A stretch of DNA of 64,000 nucleotides from a candidate division FCPU426 bacterium (lineage in GTDB: Bacteria > Oederibacteriota > Muellerivitia > Muellerivitales > Muellerivitaceae). Of the stretch, positions 16,001 through 23,217 are shown piece after piece. Location: NCBI GenBank assembly GCA_027452205.1, contig DAIDGV010000015.1, positions 11,111 to 75,110 of the forward strand, read 5' to 3'. Each line of letters starts with the position of its first letter. Position 1 is the stretch's first letter. Under the pieces are notes generated by a model, which worked only from the letters and a program-made list of their open reading frames with translations, was not told the DNA's origin and did no database searches. A program made the position numbers and the translations under genes.

Positions 16001-18603
16001 GTGTCGATATGCAGGGCATAGTGTCCAGCTTTTTTGGAGAGATTACCGGCCTTGTCCTTGGCGGTGATATGGAAATACCAAAGACCGTCCTCGGTCAATT
16101 CAAAGGTGAGGCTCTTTTGTTGGGTGAAAAGCGCCGTCTCCGGCTCAGGGATCGTATCCACCCGGCGGTCGATGCTGTAGTAATAACCGTCGATACCCGA
16201 AAGGTCTTCCGGTTCTTCCCAGGTCAGGGTCACCGCCCGGGCCCGGTACCACTTCTTCTCGTCGGGATGGGTGAAAGAATTGACTACTGGGGTCTTAGCT
16301 TCGGTATCTATACAGATCTTAAAATGGGTCGCTTGAGAGGAAAGATTCTCCGCCCGGTCTTTCGTGCGCACATGGAAATAGGAAACACCATCTTTGAGCT
16401 TGTCGACATTGATCTTGGTCTTGGTCGTCCAACGGGCATCCTCGGGCAGGGGCATCGCATTGGGGTCTTCATTGAGCAAGTAATAGAATCCATCAGTGCC
16501 CGACAGGTCCTGGGTCGGCACCAAGGTTAGTTCCAGCTTGCTCTTGGAATACCATTCGTCGCTCTCGGGATGTGTGGGCGAGGAAACCGCCGGGGCTTGT
16601 GCTTTGGTATCGATGCGGATGGGATAATGGGCCGCTTGAAGACCCACATTGCCAACCGCGTCCAGGGTAGAGATATGGATAAACCAAATATCGTCGTCCA
16701 GGGGCCCCAGGGTAATGCGGTTCTCCTTGGTCAGGTCCCCTTTGCTCGGTCCCGGCACCGTGTCGGGCACTTTGTCGGCCTTCACGTAATAACCCACCAC
16801 ACCGGACAGATCATCGGGCGTTTCCCAAGCGATGACTGGCGTCGGGTTCGGGACCCACTTGTCCGGATCAGGATGAGTGGAGCTGAATACCTTCACTGGC
16901 GGCAAAGCCTCGGTATCGATGTTCACCCGGTAATGGGCCGCTTCCATTCCGATATTGCCGGCCTCATCCACACCCGCCACATGGATATGCCAAATGCCCT
17001 GGGAAAGGCCCTGCAGGACAATGCGGTTCGAATCCGTATAAGTGGCCGCGGCTGGATCGGGGACCGAATCCGCTTTTCGATCGAGAACATAGTAATAACC
17101 GGTCAAATGAGCCGGGGCGGCCAAGTGCAATTCGACCATATCGCTCTTTTCCCACTTGTCCTGCTGGGGGTGGCTGGTCGAGGTGACTACCGGTTTATGC
17201 ACCACCGGGGTTCGCAAAGACAGGGTCTCGGTGACCGCCAAAGAAGAGGACCGATGGGCGCTGATAACTTTAAATTCATACTCCGTATCAGCCTTGAGAC
17301 CGGTCAAAAAGACCCGGTGTTTCGTGCGGTGGGCCTTGTCCTGAAAGGTTAAATTCAGTGCTGGGGCATCTTCCTTCACCCCGTAATGCACCTCGGAAGT
17401 GGCGGCAATATCCGTGTTCCAGGAAAGCACCACACTTTGGGAAGTGATCCTTTCGATGTGAAGTTCCGAGATGACCGGCATCCGGGCCATATCAAAGGTG
17501 GACCGAAGCAAGGAGGCGTGGTTCTCGCTGCCGGCGTAAAGATAGTCATAGAACACGCAGAAAGACCGGACGCCTTCCATATCTCCCGCGTAAGAGGTTT
17601 TCCACTCCACACCATCGAGGGTCTTTAAGACCCGGCCCGAATTACCCGTTCCCACGAAGAGGGTGTTCTCGAAAACTTCCATGCAATAACAATTCATTTC
17701 CCGGGCGCTTTCGTAAGCCACCAGCCAGTCCCGGCCATTGTTCGTACGGTAGATACGCACACCCTTCGATCCCGAGGTGCCCGCATAAAGAGCGCCGTCG
17801 AATTCCTTCAGGCATTGAATGAAACTTTGTCCGGTAGAAGCCACCTCTTCCCAGTTCAGGCCGTCCTCAGTGCAGAAGATCAACCCGCTGGGATAGGTGC
17901 CCACATAGAGCTTGTTCTTGAAAACACCCATGGCGGTCACTGCCGCCTCACTCAAGTTTGCCACCGCGTTCCAGTGAAGGCCGTCATAGGCGTAGATCTT
18001 CCCCTGGGAACTGGTGCCGGCATAAAGGCGGTTCTTGAACTCGATCAGGGTATGGATACGGTCTTCGCCGGTAGCGAAGGATTCCCGCCAGCTTTCACCG
18101 TCAGTCGTGTAGTAAATGGAACCGTTCAGATTGGTCCCCGCGAAGAGGACCTTTTCCTTGCCGGGCGTGCCATAGGCAGTCAGGCAATAGATCTGGGTGG
18201 AATAATCACCGCCGTCCTTGACCCGGGGGTCCGGCGTGAAGAACTTGGTATCGGTCTTGGTAACTAAATTGGACTTCCAAGAACCTGCCGTACCGCTATT
18301 GGAGTAGAAGACCTTGTCTCGGCCTGTGGCCGCGAAGATCTTCCCTTTGAACTCCGCCAGGGAATAGAACATGGAAATCTCTCTAAAATCCTCCACCGTC
18401 TCGAAATAAGCGGGGGCGGCTGTGGAGAAATAAAGGTCAATGGCGTTCTTGAGATTATCGAGGGCTTCTTTGGGATTACGGCCTTGGGCCTGGCAACCCG
18501 GTAAAGCGACACAGCGCGCCAACACATGGCTCGCCCGGGTCTCCAATTCGATCTGGAACTCGTAGAGGAAAGTTCTATTTTGAGCGTTGTCGTCTTTTTT
18601 CAC
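13033..18603 (-). CDS. giant (1856 aa) multidomain surface-type protein. Domains in order: N-terminal HicB/UPF0150-like domain, ~6-bladed beta-propeller, Fn3-like domains, ten tandem ~100-aa beta-sandwich modules, carboxypeptidase-regulatory-like domain, and a T9SS/FlgD-Ig-like C-terminal sorting domain
   Basis: GTG start at 18601-18603. The N-terminus is YEFQIELETRASHVLARCVALPGCQAQGRNPKEALDNLKNAIDLY, matching the HicB/UPF0150 signature. Propeller blades end in ..LYAGT/..LYVGT. Ten modules begin S[ST]THP and contain GYYY, WYFH and DKAGN. The C-terminus PVRFYYFLKEDCNVTLEIFDATGG...YAVTIWDATKMPVGEYLYKISA follows the T9SS-CTD/FlgD-Ig pattern. No N-terminal signal peptide. Confidence 0.8.
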   Translation of the reverse strand: MKKDDNAQNRTFLYEFQIELETRASHVLARCVALPGCQAQGRNPKEALDNLKNAIDLYFSTAAPAYFETVEDFREISMFYSLAEFKGKIFAATGRDKVFYSNSGTAGSWKSNLVTKTDTKFFTPDPRVKDGGDYSTQIYCLTAYGTPGKEKVLFAGTNLNGSIYYTTDGESWRESFATGEDRIHTLIEFKNRLYAGTSSQGKIYAYDGLHWNAVANLSEAAVTAMGVFKNKLYVGTYPSGLIFCTEDGLNWEEVASTGQSFIQCLKEFDGALYAGTSGSKGVRIYRTNNGRDWLVAYESAREMNCYCMEVFENTLFVGTGNSGRVLKTLDGVEWKTSYAGDMEGVRSFCVFYDYLYAGSENHASLLRSTFDMARMPVISELHIERITSQSVVLSWNTDIAATSEVHYGVKEDAPALNLTFQDKAHRTKHRVFLTGLKADTEYEFKVISAHRSSSLAVTETLSLRTPVVHKPVVTSTSHPQQDKWEKSDMVELHLAAPAHLTGYYYVLDRKADSVPDPAAATYTDSNRIVLQGLSQGIWHIHVAGVDEAGNIGMEAAHYRVNIDTEALPPVKVFSSTHPDPDKWVPNPTPVIAWETPDDLSGVVGYYVKADKVPDTVPGPSKGDLTKENRITLGPLDDDIWFIHISTLDAVGNVGLQAAHYPIRIDTKAQAPAVSSPTHPESDEWYSKSKLELTLVPTQDLSGTDGFYYLLNEDPNAMPLPEDARWTTKTKINVDKLKDGVSYFHVRTKDRAENLSSQATHFKICIDTEAKTPVVNSFTHPDEKKWYRARAVTLTWEEPEDLSGIDGYYYSIDRRVDTIPEPETALFTQQKSLTFELTEDGLWYFHITAKDKAGNLSKKAGHYALHIDTKVSQPTITSSTHPDQNEWYSKTKAVFQLTSPSDLSGVAGYYYTFTDDPRVKPAAQGSSYIEKGEINLDIPRDGEHYLSVLCADKAGNISEESTVYTVRLDTHVEAPELTSPTHPDPNRWFAGRHVELTWKDPIDLSGIEGYYTIFNREENWMPSLKEMAWTTSRSVTFNLPEDGTWYAHVCAKDKAQNIGALAHFKMMIDSNAVAPVVKCLTHPVHRWVKSAAPKLTWEVPQDMAGIDGYYVVIDQHPHTIPGPGNGEWVNRTFMTAPALKDGKWYFHIAAKDKAGNVSKEATHYPIWVDMTPPKSTMVRLPALMDKTQLALNWDATDASGEVVAFDVQVKVGETGAWTDWLVNVNNKNAAYQGQDGMRYAFRCRAKDAAGNVEEYPETEMVAVSIDIAPPTPVVQLKATPLAGGDIELKWSPAEDRVSGLNFYRVYRWIESQKPKLVSTDGEVKEISYIDKGSQLQENTVYYYSVHAVDKMGNEQFEGNATAACLSDASVGTPQVSSPTHSSDDWSSNPLPVLTWLPPSDATGIVGYYYAFDLSPNTKLNGENGIFLNKTRLELPKQESGVWYFHLVAKDRAGNISEQTAHYKVKIDVQKPEAPHVASTSHPDRERWYSETQVEIKIDSAPKLSGIDCYYHSFDKKPDTVPMPDNALKLMGSSVEVKADEPGTWYFHVTARDKAGNLSAPTHFLVLIAAGEMPPPVIASPTHPREGEAINDQSPVFTWEDRHDGSFTPKGYFYKISANPVETLTPQDTFTTERMVTLKDVAQGTWYFHVAAVSKKGKPGALAASRKIIIDRLGKVFGHFLRKDGKTPIEGTKVEMAQGDKVVASCATDVEGKFNFSMLKEGKYEIRLHSDQFPVLKVKDINVTVDQGLIDATFVEDLGILPNPPQPGPVRFYYFLKEDCNVTLEIFDATGGLAAKLEEKKEGGAYAVTIWDATKMPVGEYLYKISAKSVLKNTMSRFAVKKFKLEKPAGELEPQPVS
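13594..17208 (-). repeat. intragenic tandem array of ~10 diverged ~300-bp coding repeats (protein modules of ~100 aa), interrupted by an Fn3-like insert at ~14494-15093
   Basis: Module starts map to roughly 17178, 16884, 16581, 16275, 15975, 15672, 15372, 14478, 14175 and 13872. The repeats are diverged; nucleotide-level self-similarity is expected but was not computed. Confidence 0.55.
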
Positions 18604-18733
18604 GGTGGACCCTGGTGCGAATTACCCGCGGCGCGCCTGATTTGCGGCTTCTTGCCGAAAATCACGGCTTGGCAGTGCCAGTTTCTGAACGAGAAACTGG
18701 CATGGGTCGGTTATTTTAGACCAATTAGCAGAA

Positions 18734-18756
18734 GGTTGATAACAACATTATCAACC
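18734..18756 (-). terminator. candidate mutS terminator hairpin
   Basis: GGTTGATAA-caaca-TTATCAACC, a perfect 9-bp stem ~45 nt past the mutS stop. The minus-strand tail TTCTGCTAATT is only moderately U-rich. Confidence 0.3.
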
Positions 18757-18802
18757 TCACCAATCTGGATTTAGAGTGGAAATAAAGGGATTTGAAGCCG
18801 AA

Positions 18803-21442
18803 TTATTCCTGGATCTTCTTTTTCCATTCGGCCAAAAGATTCAAGGCATCCCGGGGAGTCAGGTCGTCCAATTCCAGGCTTTTAAGCTCTTCCAAAATGG
18901 GGTGGCTGGTCCCCGCCCCACCGAAGAAAGTGAGCTGATTGAGCCCTTCCGTGGAGGGGACTTGCGGTTGAGGCTCATCGGTTTCGGAGGCCTTTTCTTT
19001 TTTGACCGTGAAAGGATTGCCGGTCTCCAAGCTGGCCAGTATCTTCTTGGACCTTTCGACCACCGACTTGGGCACTCCCGCCAAACGGGCCACCTGGATG
19101 CCATAGCTCTTGTCCGTGCCGCCTTCCACGATCTTGCGTAGGAAAAGGATCTGCTCGTTCCATTCCCGCACCGCGATATTGAAGTTCTTCACGTTCGGGA
19201 AGGAGGAGGCCAAACGGGTCAGTTCGTGATAATGGGTAGCAAAGAGGGTGCGGGCCTTTAGCTTTTGGGCGATATGTTCCACCACCGCCCAAGCGATGGA
19301 GACTCCGTCAAAGGTGGATGTTCCCCGGCCAACCTCATCCAAGATAAGAAGGCTTCGGTTGGTGGCGTGATTGAGGATATTGGCGGTCTCGACCATTTCC
19401 ACCATGAAGGTACTTTGGCCCTGGGTAAGGGCATCCGAAGCGCCAACTCGGGAGAAAATACGGTCTACAATGCCGATCTTCATCTTCTTCGCGGGCACAT
19501 AGAACCCGACCTGGGCCATCAGCGCAAGCAGGGCCACCTGGCGGATATAGGTACTCTTCCCCGCCATATTAGGACCGGTCAAGACCACCACTTCGACCCC
19601 ATCCACTCCTAAGTGAGTGTCATTGGGCACGAATTGGTCCGAGGAAAGAATGCGGTCCAACACTGGGTGGCGGCCATCCACAATGGCGAGCTCAGAAGAA
19701 TCATCCACTTCAGGCCGCACATGACGGCCTGCGTCGGCCACTGTGGCCATACAACCGAATACGTCCAACTCGGCGATAATGCGGGCCACCCGTTGGAGCC
19801 GGTGCAGTTCCTTGGCCACTTGCGAGCGAATCGCGTCAAAAAGTTCATACTCGGTCCGGTCAGCCTTGTCCTGTGCCCCCAGTATCTTGCCTTCCATGTC
19901 TTTCAATTCTTGGGTGATGAAGCGCTCCGCATTCACCAGGGTCTGCTTGCGGTGGTAATCCTTGGGCACCTTGTCCAGGTTTGCTTTTGAGACCTCGATG
20001 TAATAACCGAAGACCGAGGTGTAACGCACTTTGAGGGAACTGATACCGGTCTTTTTCTTTTCCTTCTCTTCCAGGTTCGCGATCCATTGTTTGCCCTCAA
20101 TGGAGGCGCTTTTGAACTCGTCCAATTCAGCGTTATAGCCGGCCTTGATAAGCCCGCCTTCTTTTAAGGCTAGGGGCGGTTCATCGGCGATGGATTTCTC
20201 CAAAAGGTGGTGGATCTCTTTGAGGTTGTCCCACCCTTCCACCTTTTCGCGCAGCCATTCAGCCTTAAAACCTGAAAGAACTTGGTGGATCTTGGGCAAA
20301 AGGGCCAGGGTATTGCGTAAAGCCACCATATCCCGGGCATTGGCGGTACCACAGCCGATACGGCCCGAAAGACGTTCTAGGTCGGAAACTTCCCTGAAGA
20401 AATCCCTCAAATTTTCCAGGTCGCCCTTGCGGGATAAAAGCTCTTCCACCGCGTCCTGTCGGTGTTTGATCTGGGAAACCGAAGTCAGGGGCGTGACCAA
20501 CCATTGACGCAAGAGCCGCCCGCCCATCGAAGTGACCGTTTCATCCAACACCGATAGCAGTGTTCCTTCTTTGCCGCCATCCCTCATGGATTTGACCACT
20601 TCCAAATTGCGTTGGGTGGCTGCGTCCAGGACCATCCCCTCACCCACTTGGAAGGTCGAAAGGGTCACTAAGTGGGAAAGAACGCTATGAGTGGTCTCTT
20701 TGAGATATTGGATGATGGCCCCCGCCGAACAGATAGCCTGGTTCTGGTCTGACAGACCGAATCCATCCAGGGACTTCACTTGAAAATGTTCCAGCAGGAC
20801 TTCTTTGCATTCGTCCCCGGAGAATTTCCAGTCTTCCATGTGGGACTTCTTGGTGTCATTGAGGGACTTGATGACCTCCGCCCATTCCGATACGTCGGGC
20901 TGGGTATTGGCGACGAGTATCTCAGAGGGATTGAACTTTGATAGTTCATTCGTCGCTACGGAGAACCGGTCTGAACCATGCAATTCGCAGGTCTTGAACT
21001 CACCCGTGGTCACATCCACGATGGCTAGACCTAAAGCCTGGGTGGAATAAGAAAGGGCGGCTAGATAATTGTTGGATTTCTCATCCAGCATAGCGGCGGA
21101 AAGCACCGTGCCCGGGGTGATGACCCGGGTAACCTCGCGTTTGACCAAACCCTTGGCCTGGGCCGGGTCTTCGGTCTGTTCACAGATGGCAATGGAAAAA
21201 CCCGCCTTGACCAAGCGGGCAATATAGTTCTCGGAGGCGTGGTAAGGGATACCCGCCATTGGCACCCGGGTAGCGCCAGCACCCCGGGCGGTCAGGGTCA
21301 GGTTCAGGACCCGGGCCGCTGTCTTGGCGTCCTCGAAGAACATCTCGTAAAAATCGCCAAGACGGAAAAAGAGCATCTCGTCCTTATGGACGCGTTTCAT
21401 TTCCAGATATTGCCGCATCATCGGCGTTAATTCTTCGGACAT
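18803..21442 (-). CDS. mutS: DNA mismatch repair protein MutS
   Basis: 879 aa. N-terminus MTPMMRQYLEMK, Walker A GPNMAGKST, and TFATHYHELT motifs. Confidence 0.9.
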   Translation of the reverse strand: MSEELTPMMRQYLEMKRVHKDEMLFFRLGDFYEMFFEDAKTAARVLNLTLTARGAGATRVPMAGIPYHASENYIARLVKAGFSIAICEQTEDPAQAKGLVKREVTRVITPGTVLSAAMLDEKSNNYLAALSYSTQALGLAIVDVTTGEFKTCELHGSDRFSVATNELSKFNPSEILVANTQPDVSEWAEVIKSLNDTKKSHMEDWKFSGDECKEVLLEHFQVKSLDGFGLSDQNQAICSAGAIIQYLKETTHSVLSHLVTLSTFQVGEGMVLDAATQRNLEVVKSMRDGGKEGTLLSVLDETVTSMGGRLLRQWLVTPLTSVSQIKHRQDAVEELLSRKGDLENLRDFFREVSDLERLSGRIGCGTANARDMVALRNTLALLPKIHQVLSGFKAEWLREKVEGWDNLKEIHHLLEKSIADEPPLALKEGGLIKAGYNAELDEFKSASIEGKQWIANLEEKEKKKTGISSLKVRYTSVFGYYIEVSKANLDKVPKDYHRKQTLVNAERFITQELKDMEGKILGAQDKADRTEYELFDAIRSQVAKELHRLQRVARIIAELDVFGCMATVADAGRHVRPEVDDSSELAIVDGRHPVLDRILSSDQFVPNDTHLGVDGVEVVVLTGPNMAGKSTYIRQVALLALMAQVGFYVPAKKMKIGIVDRIFSRVGASDALTQGQSTFMVEMVETANILNHATNRSLLILDEVGRGTSTFDGVSIAWAVVEHIAQKLKARTLFATHYHELTRLASSFPNVKNFNIAVREWNEQILFLRKIVEGGTDKSYGIQVARLAGVPKSVVERSKKILASLETGNPFTVKKEKASETDEPQPQVPSTEGLNQLTFFGGAGTSHPILEELKSLELDDLTPRDALNLLAEWKKKIQE

Positions 21443-21482
21443 AAAAACCTTTGAACCACAGAGTACACAGAGTTCACAGAGT
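21443..21482. repeat. inverted-repeat arm (CACAGAG family), right flank of the GxxExxY gene
   Basis: AAAAACCTTTGAACCACAGAGTACACAGAGTTCACAGAGT. It is the reverse complement of the arm at 21892-21930 and is also found at 25668-25717 and 63782-63820. Confidence 0.7.
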
Positions 21483-21491
21483 AAATCAAAA

Positions 21492-21887
21492 TCAGAGGAC
21501 TATTCTTTTAACGCCATTTTTCATCGAAGCAACATTGAAATTGAGAAGTAATCCAATTCTTTTTTCCGTTAATTTCAAATACGTCAAAAGTTGAGCCTCA
21601 TGGACAGGTTTAACTTCTTCTACGGCTTTCAGCTCAACAATAACCTGATCCTCGACCAAAAGATCAATCCTAAAACCAGCGTCTAACTCAACTTCTTTAT
21701 ATCGAACAGGGACCGGCACTTGCTGTTCAACCTTCAAAGCTCGTGATTTCAACTCATACAACAAACAATGTTCATAGGCACTTTCCAACAACCCGGGGCC
21801 CAATTGAGTATGAACCGCATAAGCCGAATCCACGACCGCACCAGATATCTTATTCGTTTCTTCAGAAATCAAATTTTGGTTTTTCAT
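21492..21887 (-). CDS. GxxExxY-family protein (PD-(D/E)xK nuclease-like fold)
   Basis: 131 aa with the motif GLLESAYE and family-typical layout (DSAYAVHTQLGPGLLESAYEHCL...RIDLLVEDQVIVELKA). The CDS is bracketed within 5-9 nt on each side by inverted-repeat arms. Confidence 0.7.
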   Translation of the reverse strand: MKNQNLISEETNKISGAVVDSAYAVHTQLGPGLLESAYEHCLLYELKSRALKVEQQVPVPVRYKEVELDAGFRIDLLVEDQVIVELKAVEEVKPVHEAQLLTYLKLTEKRIGLLLNFNVASMKNGVKRIVL

Positions 21888-21891
21888 TTTA

Positions 21892-21930
21892 ACTCTGTGT
21901 ACTCTGTGTACTCTGTGGTTAAAGTGTTTT
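21892..21930. repeat. inverted-repeat arm (CACAGAG family), left flank of the GxxExxY gene
   Basis: ACTCTGTGTACTCTGTGTACTCTGTGGTTAAAGTGTTTT. It is the reverse complement of 21443-21482 with ~2 mismatches over ~38 nt. Confidence 0.7.
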
Positions 21931-23200
21931 AATCCTCAACAACGATGGCTTTTTCTTTGATCCGCTTCGACAACTTGTTGGCCAGCTTCTGGGCGGCGGT
22001 GCGGGTGGCAAAATGCCCGGTGCGCAGCTTATAAAGAACATAAGTTCCATCCGCCGCGTTCACCGTGACCACGTAATATTTATATCCTGCTTTGCGCAAG
22101 CCTTTTTCAGTCAGAAGAAGGTTGGCCTTCTTGGAATAGACCCCGATCTGCACATGGTAAGGGGTGGATTTGAGCACCGGTTGATCCACCGTCGCTTCTT
22201 GTTCCGCCTCTTCGGGCGTAGCGGCCTCTTCGATTGGCGTCGCCTCTTCGGTCTCGACCACGGTCGGGGTCACTCCTACTGTTGCAAAAGGCGGCACCAG
22301 GGCCGGAGTGGCCGTAACAGCAACCGTCACGGTCGGTGTAGGAACGATCGTGACGGAGGCTTGCAACGCAGGGTGCGTTTTAAGTAGTTCCGCCATACGC
22401 GTCTGGGCCTCGCCCACTTCGATCGCTTTAGGGTAATTGCTGACCAGCGTTTGATAGGCGGCGAAAGCTTGCTTCCATTTTTTCTCCATCTCATAGGTCT
22501 CACCCAACTTCAGATAGACCAGATTCAATTCGTCGTAAGTGGCATATTGATCCAGGATGCGTAAATAGCGATTCTCGGCATCGGAGAACTTTTGGGTCTT
22601 GAAGTAAGCGTTCCCCATGCCCAACAAAGCCTTGGGCGCCCAATTAGTTTGTTTCCCTTGATCCATGACCTTTTCGAACTCTTTGATGGCCAACTCGGTC
22701 TGTTCCGCCGCCAAATAGGAAGATCCCAACCAGTAGTGCACTTCCACCGCCATCGGGCTTTTTTCATAATGGTCTAGGAACTCTTTATAGGCCGAAGCCG
22801 CGTCCTCGTATTTGTCGGCCAAATAATATCGGTCGGCCAATTCCTTCTGGGCTTCCATTCCCTCGGGCTGGTCCTCGTATTCGGCGGCCACTTCCTGCAA
22901 CTGGGCCACCGACACTTCGAAATCCTCTTGCACTTTGGCCAGCATCAAGCGAGCCTGAGGAATGATACTGTCCATCGGGTGCTCCGCCACCAGGGGAGCC
23001 AGGATATCCTTGCAGTCTTTATAATCCTTATCGGCGAAATACTTCTTGGCCTTTTCGAAAAGTTCTTTCGTTTCGCCCGCCACCGGGGTAACCACGGAAT
23101 CTATCTCTTTTTTTTGGGCCGCCTCATCCGCCGCGATATCCGCCAATGCGGCCGATGTGACCATAAAACAGAGGAAAAGAAACCAAAGGGATCGACGCAT
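21929..23200 (-). CDS. secreted TPR-repeat protein with C-terminal SPOR (peptidoglycan-binding) domain
   Basis: Signal peptide, TPR-like helical repeats, then the C-terminal SPOR-like segment YHVQIGVYSKKANLL...AGYKYYVVTV...YKLRTGHFATRTAAQ. Confidence 0.6.
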   Translation of the reverse strand: MRRSLWFLFLCFMVTSAALADIAADEAAQKKEIDSVVTPVAGETKELFEKAKKYFADKDYKDCKDILAPLVAEHPMDSIIPQARLMLAKVQEDFEVSVAQLQEVAAEYEDQPEGMEAQKELADRYYLADKYEDAASAYKEFLDHYEKSPMAVEVHYWLGSSYLAAEQTELAIKEFEKVMDQGKQTNWAPKALLGMGNAYFKTQKFSDAENRYLRILDQYATYDELNLVYLKLGETYEMEKKWKQAFAAYQTLVSNYPKAIEVGEAQTRMAELLKTHPALQASVTIVPTPTVTVAVTATPALVPPFATVGVTPTVVETEEATPIEEAATPEEAEQEATVDQPVLKSTPYHVQIGVYSKKANLLLTEKGLRKAGYKYYVVTVNAADGTYVLYKLRTGHFATRTAAQKLANKLSKRIKEKAIVVED

Positions 23201-23217
23201 AGAACCTCGCTTGGAAA

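Noticed and set aside
15118-16530. A 470-aa plus-strand ORF and many other long plus-strand ORFs in the ORF track (for example 48747-49823, 59191-60792, 41638-42585, 14164-15069, 51295-52452, 34074-35147)
   Set aside because: All lie antisense to well-supported minus-strand genes (giant protein, ppdK, sufB, tyrS, glyS, Ycf48-like). Their translations are low-complexity Gly/Arg/His-rich with no motifs. They are typical shadow ORFs of GC-rich coding DNA.
4166-18603. Prophage or integrative element with integrase at tRNA-Asp
   Set aside because: No integrase, recombinase, phage structural gene or direct repeat of the tRNA 3' end is visible. The block is described only as accessory-like.
18734-18756. 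DnaA-box / origin interpretation of TTATCAACC palindrome
   Set aside because: It is a single imperfect box pair with no cluster of DnaA boxes, no AT-rich DUE, and no dnaA or dnaN nearby. It is better explained as a mutS terminator stem.
18604-18802. Search for a HicA toxin partner of the HicB-like domain
   Set aside because: The only ORF in the gap (18526-18774, plus strand) lacks the HicA dsRBD-like motifs and overlaps hairpins. No HicA candidate was found on either side.
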